A stretch of DNA of 64,000 nt from Gemmatimonadales bacterium (GTDB taxonomy: Bacteria > Gemmatimonadota > Gemmatimonadetes > Gemmatimonadales > GWC2-71-9). The notes under the pieces are model-generated. The model searched no databases and was not told the origin of the DNA. It saw only the letters and a list, made by a program, of their open reading frames with translations. Location of the stretch: NCBI GenBank assembly GCA_038209515.1, contig JBBQXQ010000004.1, forward strand, positions 1,078-65,077. Direction: 5' to 3'. Shown in pieces: positions 18,728 to 26,791 of this stretch; position 1 is the first letter of the stretch; the number at the start of each line of letters is the position of its first letter. The position numbers and the translations under genes were made by a program.

Positions 18728-18795
18728 TAGTCTAGGATCTAGAGTCTACCGCATCCCGCAGCCCTTCTCTCATTTAGACCCTAGACCCTAGAGAA
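18728..18795. repeat. inverted CTAG-containing heptamer arrays (TAGTCTA GGATCTA GAGTCTA ... TAGACCC TAGACCC TAGAGAA)
   Basis: Direct reading. The left array (18728-18748) starts at the first base after the infA stop. The right array (18775-18795) is its reverse-complement type. Confidence 0.85.
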
Positions 18796-18829
18796 CAAAA
18801 AGGCCGCTCAGTTGGAGCGGCCTTTGTTT
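18796..18829. terminator. bidirectional rho-independent terminator between convergent infA and cspA
   Basis: AAAAAA, then GGCCGCTC agttg GAGCGGCC, then TTTGTTT. The A-run and T-run flank an 8-bp GC stem. Confidence 0.8.
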
Positions 18830-18850
18830 AGACGCTCACCGTGAGGTGCG

Positions 18851-19063
18851 CTATTTCACCTTGGTGACGTTCTCGGCGGCGGGGCCCTTCGCACCCTGCA
18901 CGATGTCGAACTCAACCCGGTCACCCTCGGAAAGGCTGCGGAAGCCTTCGGCCTTGATGGCGGTGTGGTGGACAAAGCAATCCTTGTCACCATTCTCCGG
19001 AGTGATGAAACCAAAGCCCTTCGCGTCGTTGAACCACTTCACCGTGCCGATGGTGCGCGCCAT
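18851..19063 (-). CDS. cspA: cold-shock protein (CspA family)
   Basis: 70 aa: [36 protein letters not shown], carrying the RNP1/RNP2 motifs. The upstream part of the 84-aa ORF is discarded. Confidence 0.95.
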   Translation of the reverse strand: MARTIGTVKWFNDAKGFGFITPENGDKDCFVHHTAIKAEGFRSLSEGDRVEFDIVQGAKGPAAENVTKVK

Positions 19064-19150
19064 GTTGCCTACTCCATGTTTGTTTGACTGCGTCGGCGCC
19101 GGCAAAGTCCGGGCACCGAGTTTTTATGGGCGCAGGCCTGTCCCGCGTCA

Positions 19151-19189
19151 TAAAAAATGAAAAGACCCGTGGACAATCCACCTGGGTCT
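19151..19189 (-). terminator. rho-independent terminator after the kinase operon
   Basis: On the minus strand: AGACCC-AG-GTGGA ttg TCCAC-GGGTCT followed by TTTTCATTTTTT. Confidence 0.7.
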
Positions 19190-19267
19190 CGGAATCCCTA
19201 CTAACTCAGTCGGTCAAACGTTCTCTTGGGGGACGCATCGGGGGACTAATTTGTAGAGTGACCGAAT

Positions 19268-21064
19268 TTAGTCAAGGGGGGAGCCGCGGAGCCAGCGGGC
19301 CGCGGCACGCGCCCAGTCGGCCACCGGCTCCCGACCGGAGGTGCCGGCCGCGTGGTTCACGGCCTGGAGAAACTCGGCCGCGGACGAATAGCGTTCGTCC
19401 ACGTCCGCGCTGAGCGCGCGATCGAGGACCCGTTCCAGCGCCTCGCTCACATCGTCCCGCTGCCCCCGGGAAGTGGGAAACTGATTGGTGGTTTGTTTCG
19501 CGAGCACCTGCTCGACCGTTCTTCCCGGAAAGGGCGGCGTGCCGAGTAAGGCGTAGTACGCTACTGCGGCCAGACTGTACAGGTCCGACCGCTGGTCGAC
19601 CCGCTCACCCAGCAGCTGCTCGGGACTGGCGAATTGAGGCGTCCCGCTCTGGCTGGTGGCCCCGGCGTATTTCCCCCGAATCGCCAGGGCAAGGCCGAAG
19701 TCGGTGATCTGGAGGCTCCCCGTGAGATCGAACAGCATGTTTTCGGGCTTGATGTCGCGGTGCACCAGCCCGGACCCATGCGCGTGGGCAAGGGCGGAGA
19801 GCGCCTCTCGCAACAGTCGCAGGACGCGGTCGAGCGACAGCGGCCCTTCGCGTTCCACCAGCTGAGCCAGGCTCGGGCCCTCGATCAACTCCATGGTGTA
19901 CCACAGGAGTCCCGATCGGCCTCCGATGTCATAGATGTTCACGATGTTGGGATGGCTCAGACCTGCCGCGTGCTGGGCTTCCCGGCGGAAGCGCTCGACC
20001 ACCTCTGGATCCCGGGTGAGCAGAGGCTGGAGAACCTTGAGCGCCACTTCCCGCTCGAGGTGCAGGTCGCGCACCCGATACACCCGGCCGAAGCCGCCGG
20101 TTCCCAGCAGGCCGAGCAGCTCGTAGTCGTCGCCCAATGCCCTGCGGAGCCGCTTCTCCCAGCGGGCCTTGTCCTCGACGTCTGCCATTGGCCCCGGGCC
20201 AACCGGGACCAGTGGCGTCTCAAAGGTGCCCGCGTCCGAGGCAAAGTCCTCCAGCATCTCCGCCGCGGTGAGATACCGGTCGTCCGGGTCGGGCTGCATC
20301 GCCCTCATAAGGATACGCTCGATGGCGCGGGGGCAGGCCGGCCTCAGCTCCGTTGGCCGACGCAGCTGGCTGGGATCGAGCGGCGGCTCCTCGCCGGTAA
20401 TCGCGACGTAGAGTACAGCGCCTGCTGTGTAGACGTCGCTCGTGGCATCACCCGCGGCGCCCTCTCGAATCTCCGGCGCCATGTAGGCCGGCTCGGGCGG
20501 TAGGGTGCCGGGCGGGATGGCTGAAAGGACATAGCTGCAGAAACGGAGGTCGGTCACCGTCCCTCTGTCGGCGGTACTCAGCAGCAGCGAGGCGGGCACC
20601 ACCCGGCGAACGATGATGACATGGGCGTGGGCATGCTCCAGAGCACCCAGAAGGTCCCGAGCCAGTGTGTGCACCAAGGGGATCGGCCGGGGCCCGCGGC
20701 GGAGCGCGTCCTGGAGACTCTCCCCCTCAATCCAGTTGCCTACCCGGTACGCCAGCTCGCCGAGCACTCCGGCGTCGTATACATGGCGGATGGCGGGATG
20801 GTCCAGCCGGCCCAGTGCCTCTGCCTCTCGGAGGAACCAGCCTCTGGTGGCTGGGTCCAGATCCACTCGGAGGCTGACCCGCCGCTTCAGCACCTCATCC
20901 CAGGCCTCGAACAGGGCGAGCTCCTGGGTCGCGGCAACTGTGCGCTGCAGGCGGTACCGGTCGCCGAGCGCTGCATGCGTGCGGCGGAAATACTCCAGTG
21001 GCTCGATTGTGGAGGTCAGCGCAGGAGTCCGCGGCGCCGCTCGACCTTCGTCTGCCGGCCGCAT
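19268..21064 (-). CDS. tandem pseudokinase-kinase Ser/Thr protein kinase (Hanks type), soluble
   Basis: The C-terminal domain has all catalytic motifs (GTGGFGRVY, VALKV, HRDIKPEN, DFG, SPE). The N-terminal domain is kinase-like but degenerate (no Gly loop, VSLRV, VRRVVPAS in place of HRDxKxxN, DLR in place of DFG; APE retained). ATG at 21064, GTG at 21079. Confidence 0.85.
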   Translation of the reverse strand: MRPADEGRAAPRTPALTSTIEPLEYFRRTHAALGDRYRLQRTVAATQELALFEAWDEVLKRRVSLRVDLDPATRGWFLREAEALGRLDHPAIRHVYDAGVLGELAYRVGNWIEGESLQDALRRGPRPIPLVHTLARDLLGALEHAHAHVIIVRRVVPASLLLSTADRGTVTDLRFCSYVLSAIPPGTLPPEPAYMAPEIREGAAGDATSDVYTAGAVLYVAITGEEPPLDPSQLRRPTELRPACPRAIERILMRAMQPDPDDRYLTAAEMLEDFASDAGTFETPLVPVGPGPMADVEDKARWEKRLRRALGDDYELLGLLGTGGFGRVYRVRDLHLEREVALKVLQPLLTRDPEVVERFRREAQHAAGLSHPNIVNIYDIGGRSGLLWYTMELIEGPSLAQLVEREGPLSLDRVLRLLREALSALAHAHGSGLVHRDIKPENMLFDLTGSLQITDFGLALAIRGKYAGATSQSGTPQFASPEQLLGERVDQRSDLYSLAAVAYYALLGTPPFPGRTVEQVLAKQTTNQFPTSRGQRDDVSEALERVLDRALSADVDERYSSAAEFLQAVNHAAGTSGREPVADWARAAARWLRGSPLD

Positions 21065-21567
21065 ACCGTGATGTTGCACCAGAGGCGGGTCTGGTTTGGC
21101 GAATCGTCGCTGAAGAAGAGAGAGCAGCCCTCACCGGCGCAGCGCCGCACAAAACGTAGCGAGTCGGCCAGGCTGGCGGCCGCTGACTGGGCGATGGCCT
21201 GGAGGATGGCCGGGCGCCGCTCGGGGGCAAACCGGACCTGCCACTCGCCGCTGATTCGGATGAGCTGATGACAGCCGGCACCCTGTGCCAACAGCTCGTT
21301 GATGGCCGCGATGGATGCTGCGGGAGGCTGCAGTCCGGCGTGCAGCGCCTCCGCCAGGGCCGTCAGCCGTTCCCGAAGCTGCAGCACGAGAGGGAGAGGA
21401 GGTTGCCCACCGTTGAGGTCGATGCTCTGTGCCGCCGACCAGCGAAGAAGGGCGGCGTCATCCGGGAGGAGGTCTGGTGGGGTGGGCCTGCGTCCCCTGG
21501 CGGTGTTGATGAAGTCGAGCCAGAGTGCGTCGCCCAGCAGGGTAAACTCGGATTCCGTCATGGTCAC
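21016..21567 (-). CDS. CGNR zinc-finger domain protein (ABATE + CGNR, putative stress-induced regulator family)
   Basis: N-terminus ALWLDFINT. C-terminus RFVRRCAGEGCSLFFSDDSPNQTRLWCNITVCGRQTKVERRR (C-x2-C ... WC-x4-CG-x-R). Abuts the DGC stop with a 0-nt gap. Confidence 0.8.
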   Translation of the reverse strand: MTMTESEFTLLGDALWLDFINTARGRRPTPPDLLPDDAALLRWSAAQSIDLNGGQPPLPLVLQLRERLTALAEALHAGLQPPAASIAAINELLAQGAGCHQLIRISGEWQVRFAPERRPAILQAIAQSAAASLADSLRFVRRCAGEGCSLFFSDDSPNQTRLWCNITVCGRQTKVERRRGLLR

Positions 21568-22902
21568 CTAGGCTTCCGCCACCTCGACCGTGTTCCTCCC
21601 CCCCCGCTTCGCACGGTACAGCGCGTTATCTGCCGCGGCCAGAACGCTGCTGACGGTCGTGCCGTGGTGGGGTGATTCGGCGATCCCCATGCTCAGCGTG
21701 CAGGCGCCGAATTCGGGGTTGGTCTTCTCGATCTCTCGCAGGCTCGCCTGCACCCGGGCAACGAACACCTTGGCTTCCGCCGGTTTGGTCATCGGCAGAA
21801 TCACCAGGAACTCGTCCCCACCGAGACGCCCCACCACGTCCAGCGCTCGACATTGCTGGCGGAGAATTTGGCCGACTTGCACCAGCAGGCGGTCGCCGGC
21901 GGCGTGGCCCATGGTATCGTTGACCACCTTGAACCGGTCCAGGTCGAGGAGAAGAACACTGGTGTGAAGCTGATGGCGCAAGCTGCGGGAAATTTCGGCG
22001 GCGAGGCGATCCTCCAGCGCGCGCCGGTTGCACAGCCCCGTCAGCTCATCGGTGGTGGCGGCGCTATGGAGCTGTTCCACCAGCTCCGAATTCTTGAGCG
22101 CAATCGCCGCCGCGAAGGATAGTGTACCTGCCAGCTCCGACTCGGCCCGTCCGTACAGCTTATCGCTGATCCGGGACCCGAGGACCAGCATCGCCATGCG
22201 CTCCGCTCCGGCGTCGAGGGGGACGACCAGCTCGGCCCCGGGACCGACCAGCTCTGCAACGGAGACGTCATCGGCCCCCGTGGCGGTGCTTCCCGGCGGG
22301 AGTGCCTGATCCAGCGCGCTCCGATCGATCGGTGCCGGCCGTAGCCGGTCGTTCAATGAACGAAAGATGGTAGGCATATAGGCCTCGCCCTCCGGCCGGT
22401 ACAGGCAGGCCCACCAGGCGAAGAACACCTCCGCCATGAAGTCTAGGATAAGCTGTTCGGTTTCTTCGGTAGAATGAACCGACGAAAGAAGCCGGGCGAC
22501 CTGACGCAGGGCCCGGAGCTGAAACGCCGCGTCGTCCAGCGCGGCCTGTCTCTCGAGCAGGATACTCCGGAGCTCCAGCACCACGCTAAGCCCGAGCGCC
22601 AGCGACATCGCCACGGCGCGCATCTCTTCCGCCACGAGGGGGTCCGCGTGGATGACCACCTCGGTCTGGCCACTGCCCAGGCGTGCCACCTCGACCGAGT
22701 CCTCGAACCCTGCGGCGGGGCCCACCCGGGGGAGGGATTCGCTGGGTGAGGTCAGGGCAAACCAGATCCGTTCACTCTGGAAACGCCGGACAAGCGCGAT
22801 CCGGCAACGCTCGAACAACTCCCCCTCGGTTCGAGAGAGCCGGCAGGCGGCTGCAAAGGCGCTGGGTAGGGTGGCTAGGGATGGGTGAGGGGTTAAACCC
22901 AT
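21568..22902 (-). CDS. GAF-GAF-GGDEF diguanylate cyclase
   Basis: GGDEF domain (DELTGLCNRR..., LLLDLDRFKVVND, GRLGGDEF) with an I-site RALD 5 residues before GGDEF. The N-terminal ~270 aa look like a GAF tandem. Confidence 0.85.
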   Translation of the reverse strand: MGLTPHPSLATLPSAFAAACRLSRTEGELFERCRIALVRRFQSERIWFALTSPSESLPRVGPAAGFEDSVEVARLGSGQTEVVIHADPLVAEEMRAVAMSLALGLSVVLELRSILLERQAALDDAAFQLRALRQVARLLSSVHSTEETEQLILDFMAEVFFAWWACLYRPEGEAYMPTIFRSLNDRLRPAPIDRSALDQALPPGSTATGADDVSVAELVGPGAELVVPLDAGAERMAMLVLGSRISDKLYGRAESELAGTLSFAAAIALKNSELVEQLHSAATTDELTGLCNRRALEDRLAAEISRSLRHQLHTSVLLLDLDRFKVVNDTMGHAAGDRLLVQVGQILRQQCRALDVVGRLGGDEFLVILPMTKPAEAKVFVARVQASLREIEKTNPEFGACTLSMGIAESPHHGTTVSSVLAAADNALYRAKRGGRNTVEVAEA

Positions 22903-23084
22903 GGCCTATAATACTCGGAGCCGAAGGCTGGAGGGAGCGGGAGAGCGGGTTGCGAGCCGGGCTCGGCCTGCTTAGATTCCGCTAAGCGATTAAGGAACAT
23001 AGCCCTTCGGGGCCCCAGGGATTTTAGCTTTGCAGCCTGGGTGATGAAAACTGCTAAAGCTGCCTGGTCCCGGCGAGCAACCGC

Positions 23085-24599
23085 TCAGCCGGGATTTGTG
23101 TTTCCAGCCTCGACCACCCGAGAGTTCCTGGGCGGATCGATCTTCCCCTTCAGGGAATCCGTGATATACCGTGTGAGCAGGTCCAGGGCTCTGGGGGCGG
23201 CCTCGCGCCGGCCACAGGCCGACATCGCCTCCGGCACCTTGTACCCATCCCCCCCGTCACAGGCCGTGTAGGCCCCAAACGCCACCACAACCGTGTCGTG
23301 CGGTCCCAGGACCGCTCCCTGGCTTCGCCGGATCTCGCCTACGATCCGGCTGCCGGAGGGGCGGTTGGGGTCGAAGGTGAATGACACACCGGACACCTGA
23401 AGAAACCCGCCACTGCCGAGAACCCCGCGGGAGACCCCGTGCTCCAGAATCTGTCTCACCCCGGCACCGCTCAGCGGGAAGGTGACGACCCGGGTCTGAT
23501 CGGCAAAGGGAAAGACCGCCTCGAGCTGGTGGTTGGTGACCGGGCCGGGCTTGATGGCGTTGTCCAGGCGCAGTGTGCCGGCGTTGAGCAGGGCGACATC
23601 GGCCCCGGTTCCAGCCCGCATAGCGTCCGTCACTAGATCGCCGAGCAATGACTCTCGCCGCCGCGACCCGCTGCTCGATGCCTCGATGGTCGCGCTGGTG
23701 AGGCCCACTTCGCGCACCGGTCCCAGTTGCCGGTCGAGGCTGTCCCTCCATGCCTCGATCACCCGCGCGGTCGCCGTATCGGACGGCAGTGCCTGATCGA
23801 TGCGCACCAGCCCTGTCGCCTGCCGCCATTTGCTCTTTCCGCCCCAGACGGTCACGAACTGGGCGCTTCTGGCATTCGCATCCGCCTTGACGACGTGCCG
23901 ATTCGAGGTGACGGAGTCCTGCGCCTCGTGCTCATGACCTCCCAGGATCAGGTCGAGTCGCGGCTCCCGTCCCAGCAGCTCGCGATCCGCCGGCATCGTC
24001 TGGTGAGTCACGCCGACGATCAGATCGGCGCCTTCGTCGGTGAGCGTTTGGATGACCCGGTGTGCGGCCGTGTCCGGGTTGGAGCAGCGGACGTAGGCGG
24101 GATAGGGGCCCTGGAGGGTGAGGCCGAACATCCCGACCTTATGACCGGAGACGTGCAGGGTGTCCCACGGGAAGACCTTCGGCAGCGGCTCTCCACTGGA
24201 CAGGGTGCAGTTGCTCGAGATCCACTTGAACTTCGACTCGCCGATCCGGGCAAGGAGGGTATCGAGCGGAAAGTCGAACTCGTGGTTGCCGAAGGTGGCG
24301 TAGTCGAGCTTGGCCGCGTTCAGCGCCTCTACCATCTGCCGGCCCCGATAGAACTTGCTGGCCAGGCTCGGGCTCAGCACGTCGCCGGCCAGCACGAAGA
24401 GGATCGGCCCCTGGTCGGCCAGGCGGTTCCGTACCGTGGCAACCCGGGCCAGGCCACCCTGTCCGTCGGGCATGGTGTCGGCCACATAGACGTCGTTGAT
24501 CACGAGGAAGCGGACCGGTTTGAGCGGGATCGGTGGCGGGGCGTTGCCCATGCACCCGGTCGCGCTGATCAGGATCGCAAGGATGACGCGACGGCTCAC
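23085..24599 (-). CDS. bifunctional metallophosphatase/5'-nucleotidase lipoprotein (UshA-like)
   Basis: Motifs VINDVY, AGDVLS, GNHEFD, GGHEHE. Lipobox VSRRVILAILISATGC. GTG 24599 overlaps the upstream stop (GTGA). Confidence 0.88.
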   Translation of the reverse strand: MSRRVILAILISATGCMGNAPPPIPLKPVRFLVINDVYVADTMPDGQGGLARVATVRNRLADQGPILFVLAGDVLSPSLASKFYRGRQMVEALNAAKLDYATFGNHEFDFPLDTLLARIGESKFKWISSNCTLSSGEPLPKVFPWDTLHVSGHKVGMFGLTLQGPYPAYVRCSNPDTAAHRVIQTLTDEGADLIVGVTHQTMPADRELLGREPRLDLILGGHEHEAQDSVTSNRHVVKADANARSAQFVTVWGGKSKWRQATGLVRIDQALPSDTATARVIEAWRDSLDRQLGPVREVGLTSATIEASSSGSRRRESLLGDLVTDAMRAGTGADVALLNAGTLRLDNAIKPGPVTNHQLEAVFPFADQTRVVTFPLSGAGVRQILEHGVSRGVLGSGGFLQVSGVSFTFDPNRPSGSRIVGEIRRSQGAVLGPHDTVVVAFGAYTACDGGDGYKVPEAMSACGRREAAPRALDLLTRYITDSLKGKIDPPRNSRVVEAGNTNPG

Positions 24600-25213
24600 A
24601 GATATTCCTCTCTCTCCCGAAGACTTCGCACCAGGTCGGCACTCATCAGTCGCAGCTCGGTCAGCATATCCCGTTGGGGCCAGTCCGGACGGCTGGCGAG
24701 AATTTCCAGCATCGAGCGATACCACCAGATCGTCTGTTCCGAGCTGGCGCGCGACACTGTGCGTAGGTACTCGACACCCAGTCGCCTGAGTGCCGTGACG
24801 GTAGAGCCGCAGGCGTGGATCTCGTCGGCCACACAGATGTCGAGCGCCCGGGGTTCCGCGATGCCGAGCTGGGTCAGGTACTCCTGCTTCTGGGCCTGCC
24901 AGGCGCGTTCGTTGCCGCGCCGGTCGAACTTGGGCTCCAGCGCATCCTTGGCCACCGCGAGCGCTACCGGCCCGAACTTGTCGCCGATTTTCCGCTCGAG
25001 CACCGGGTGCTTGTCCGGCGCGGATTCCTCCAGGATGTGGTGCAGGATGCCGGCGACGATTGTGATCTGATCACACCCGTATCGCGCGAGGATGACCGCC
25101 ACGTTGGACGGGTGCGCCAGATAGTCCATCCTGGCACCGGCAGGCGCGACCGCGCCGTGATATTTGGCGGCAAAGGCGAACGCGTGATTGATCCGGTCGG
25201 AATAGCCGTGCAT
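24596..25213 (-). CDS. HD-domain protein, Rel/SpoT/MESH1-hydrolase-like, with HD replaced by HH
   Basis: AFAFAAKYHG...DYLAHPSNVAVIL...DQITIVAGILHHILEES...CVADEI aligns by eye to the (p)ppGpp-hydrolase HD fold. ATG 25213 is chosen; the 323-aa ORF extension runs through a repeat and into queE. Confidence 0.6.
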   Translation of the reverse strand: MHGYSDRINHAFAFAAKYHGAVAPAGARMDYLAHPSNVAVILARYGCDQITIVAGILHHILEESAPDKHPVLERKIGDKFGPVALAVAKDALEPKFDRRGNERAWQAQKQEYLTQLGIAEPRALDICVADEIHACGSTVTALRRLGVEYLRTVSRASSEQTIWWYRSMLEILASRPDWPQRDMLTELRLMSADLVRSLREREEYL

Positions 25214-25218
25214 TCTCA

Positions 25219-25355
25219 GCGGGGAAGCGGGGAAGCGGGGAAGCGGGGAAGGAACGCTAAGCCTGGAGACAGACCGGATAAAGGGGTAGCAAGCGTGGCG
25301 GTCACGTACCCACCGACGCATCCTTCCCCGCTTCCCCGCTTCCTGGCTTCCCCGC
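25219..25355. repeat. inverted pair of (GCGGGGAA)4 arrays separated by ~70 bp, filling the queE-HD intergenic region
   Basis: 25219-25250 is 4 perfect 8-mers. 25324-25355 is ttccccgc, ttccccgc, ttcctggc, ttccccgc. The right end abuts the queE stop codon and the left end is 6 nt from the HD start codon. Confidence 0.95.
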
Positions 25356-25991
25356 TTACGGAATCCCGAGAAGCTTATGCGTCTGCAGGCTGAGCCGCCA
25401 GCGCGGGTGGGCCAGGCAGTATTGAAGGGCGGCCGAGGTGTTGGCCTCGCGGTCGGGTCCATCCATCGGCTGGAGGAAGTAGTGGCGGAACCCGAGCCGC
25501 TCGAACTGGTCCGGTGCCGTCCCGGCCTGCGGGAAAACCAGCTTGATCTCATCGCCACGGGTGACAACCAGCTCGGCCCCGGCCTTGGGGCTCACGCAGA
25601 GCCAATCGATGCCATTCGGGGCCGGCAGGGTCCCGTTGGTCTCGACCGCGATCTCGAAGCCTTCGCCGTGCAGGGCCTGGACCAGCTCCGAGTCCAACTG
25701 GAGGAGCGGCTCACCGCCGGTACAGACCACGAAGCGACGGCCAGACTCGGCCGGCGGCCAAGCGGCGGCTACCGCGGCCGCGAGCTCCCCGGCCGAGGCG
25801 AACCGTCCCCCACCGGGACCATCCGTGCCGACAAAATCGGTATCACAAAACTGGCAGGTGGCCTGGTGGCGGTCCTGCTCTCGCCCGCTCCACAGGTTGC
25901 AGCCGGCAAAGCGGCAGAACACCGCGGCCCGCCCAGTGTTGGCCCCTTCGCCCTGGAGGGTGTAGAAGATCTCTTTGACGGAATACGTCAT
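25356..25991 (-). CDS. queE: 7-carboxy-7-deazaguanine synthase (radical SAM)
   Basis: EIFYTLQGEGANTGRAAVFCRFAGCNLWSG...C-x-FCDTDF. Confidence 0.92.
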   Translation of the reverse strand: MTYSVKEIFYTLQGEGANTGRAAVFCRFAGCNLWSGREQDRHQATCQFCDTDFVGTDGPGGGRFASAGELAAAVAAAWPPAESGRRFVVCTGGEPLLQLDSELVQALHGEGFEIAVETNGTLPAPNGIDWLCVSPKAGAELVVTRGDEIKLVFPQAGTAPDQFERLGFRHYFLQPMDGPDREANTSAALQYCLAHPRWRLSLQTHKLLGIP

Positions 25992-26003
25992 GCTCGCTCC
26001 TGA

Positions 26004-26075
26004 ATGTCATCCTGAGCGAAGCGAAGGATCTCTCGACCGACCTCGGAGAGATTCTTCGCTACGCTCAGAATGCCA
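26004..26075. repeat. REP-like hairpin element (GTCATCCTGAGCGAAGCGAAGGATCTCTC ... GAGAGATTCTTCGCTACGCTCAGAATG)
   Basis: ~28-bp imperfect inverted repeat between queC and queE. Related copies at 35378, 36912, 46345, 31275. Confidence 0.85.
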
Positions 26076-26086
26076 ACTCATCGCGC

Positions 26087-26791
26087 TCACCGCTTACCGC
26101 TTACCTGATACATCGCTGGATCCTCCAGCCCCGCTTCCCGGAACCCTTTAAGTCTGAGCACACACGCGTCGCACCGGCCGCATGCGGCACCATCGGAACT
26201 CGGATCGTAGCAGGTAAGGGTGAGGCCGTAGTCCACGTCCAACGCCAGGCCGCGCTCGATGATCTCACGCTTGGAGAGCGAGATCAGGGGGGTGTGGATC
26301 GTCATCCTGCGCCCCTCTTCGACCCCCGCTCGTGTGGCCAGGTTGGCCAGCTCCTGAAAGGCGCGCATGTATTCCGGCCGGCAGTCGGGGTACCCGCTGT
26401 AATCCATGGCGTTCGCGCCCATGAAAATGTCGGATGCGCCAAGCACCTCGGCCCAACCCAGCGCAAACGCCAGGAAGATCGTGTTGCGGGCCGGCACGTA
26501 TGTCGGGGGAATTCGCTGGCCGATCTCTTCCAGCGGGGTGTCCTTCGGCACGTCCAGCTCCCCAGTGAGGGCCGAACCGCCGAAGGCGCGAAGATCGATG
26601 TCGAGGACGACGTGCTTTCGGATACCCAGACGCTCGGCGACCCGTCGCGAAGCCTCCAGCTCGGCCGCGTGCCGCTGGCCGTACCGGAAGGTAAGGGCAT
26701 GCACATCGAATCCCCGATCGAGCGCGATGGCCGCGGTGGTGGCTGAGTCCATCCCGCCGCTCAGGAGCACCACCGCCGTGGGTTTTGTCAT
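26087..26791 (-). CDS. queC: 7-cyano-7-deazaguanine synthase
   Basis: [15 protein letters not shown], plus the C-terminal Zn cluster C-x2-C-x-C-x2-C region ([10 protein letters not shown]). Confidence 0.95.
   Translation of the reverse strand: MTKPTAVVLLSGGMDSATTAAIALDRGFDVHALTFRYGQRHAAELEASRRVAERLGIRKHVVLDIDLRAFGGSALTGELDVPKDTPLEEIGQRIPPTYVPARNTIFLAFALGWAEVLGASDIFMGANAMDYSGYPDCRPEYMRAFQELANLATRAGVEEGRRMTIHTPLISLSKREIIERGLALDVDYGLTLTCYDPSSDGAACGRCDACVLRLKGFREAGLEDPAMYQVSGKR

Noticed and set aside
22903-23084. Structured element or promoter between the 5'-nucleotidase stop and the GGDEF start (TATTATAGGCC immediately upstream of the ATG, hinting at a leaderless mRNA).
   Set aside because: There is no convincing -35 box or stable hairpin. 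It is too speculative to report.
25214-25567. N-terminal extensions of several ORFs: 24596-25567, 28279-29439, 31333-32583, 36861-36947, 41047-41421, 63486-63800, 44267-44350, 19064-19105.
   Set aside because: The extensions run through repeat elements or neighbouring genes and lack coding character. Internal ATGs with signal peptides or family-typical N-termini fit better.
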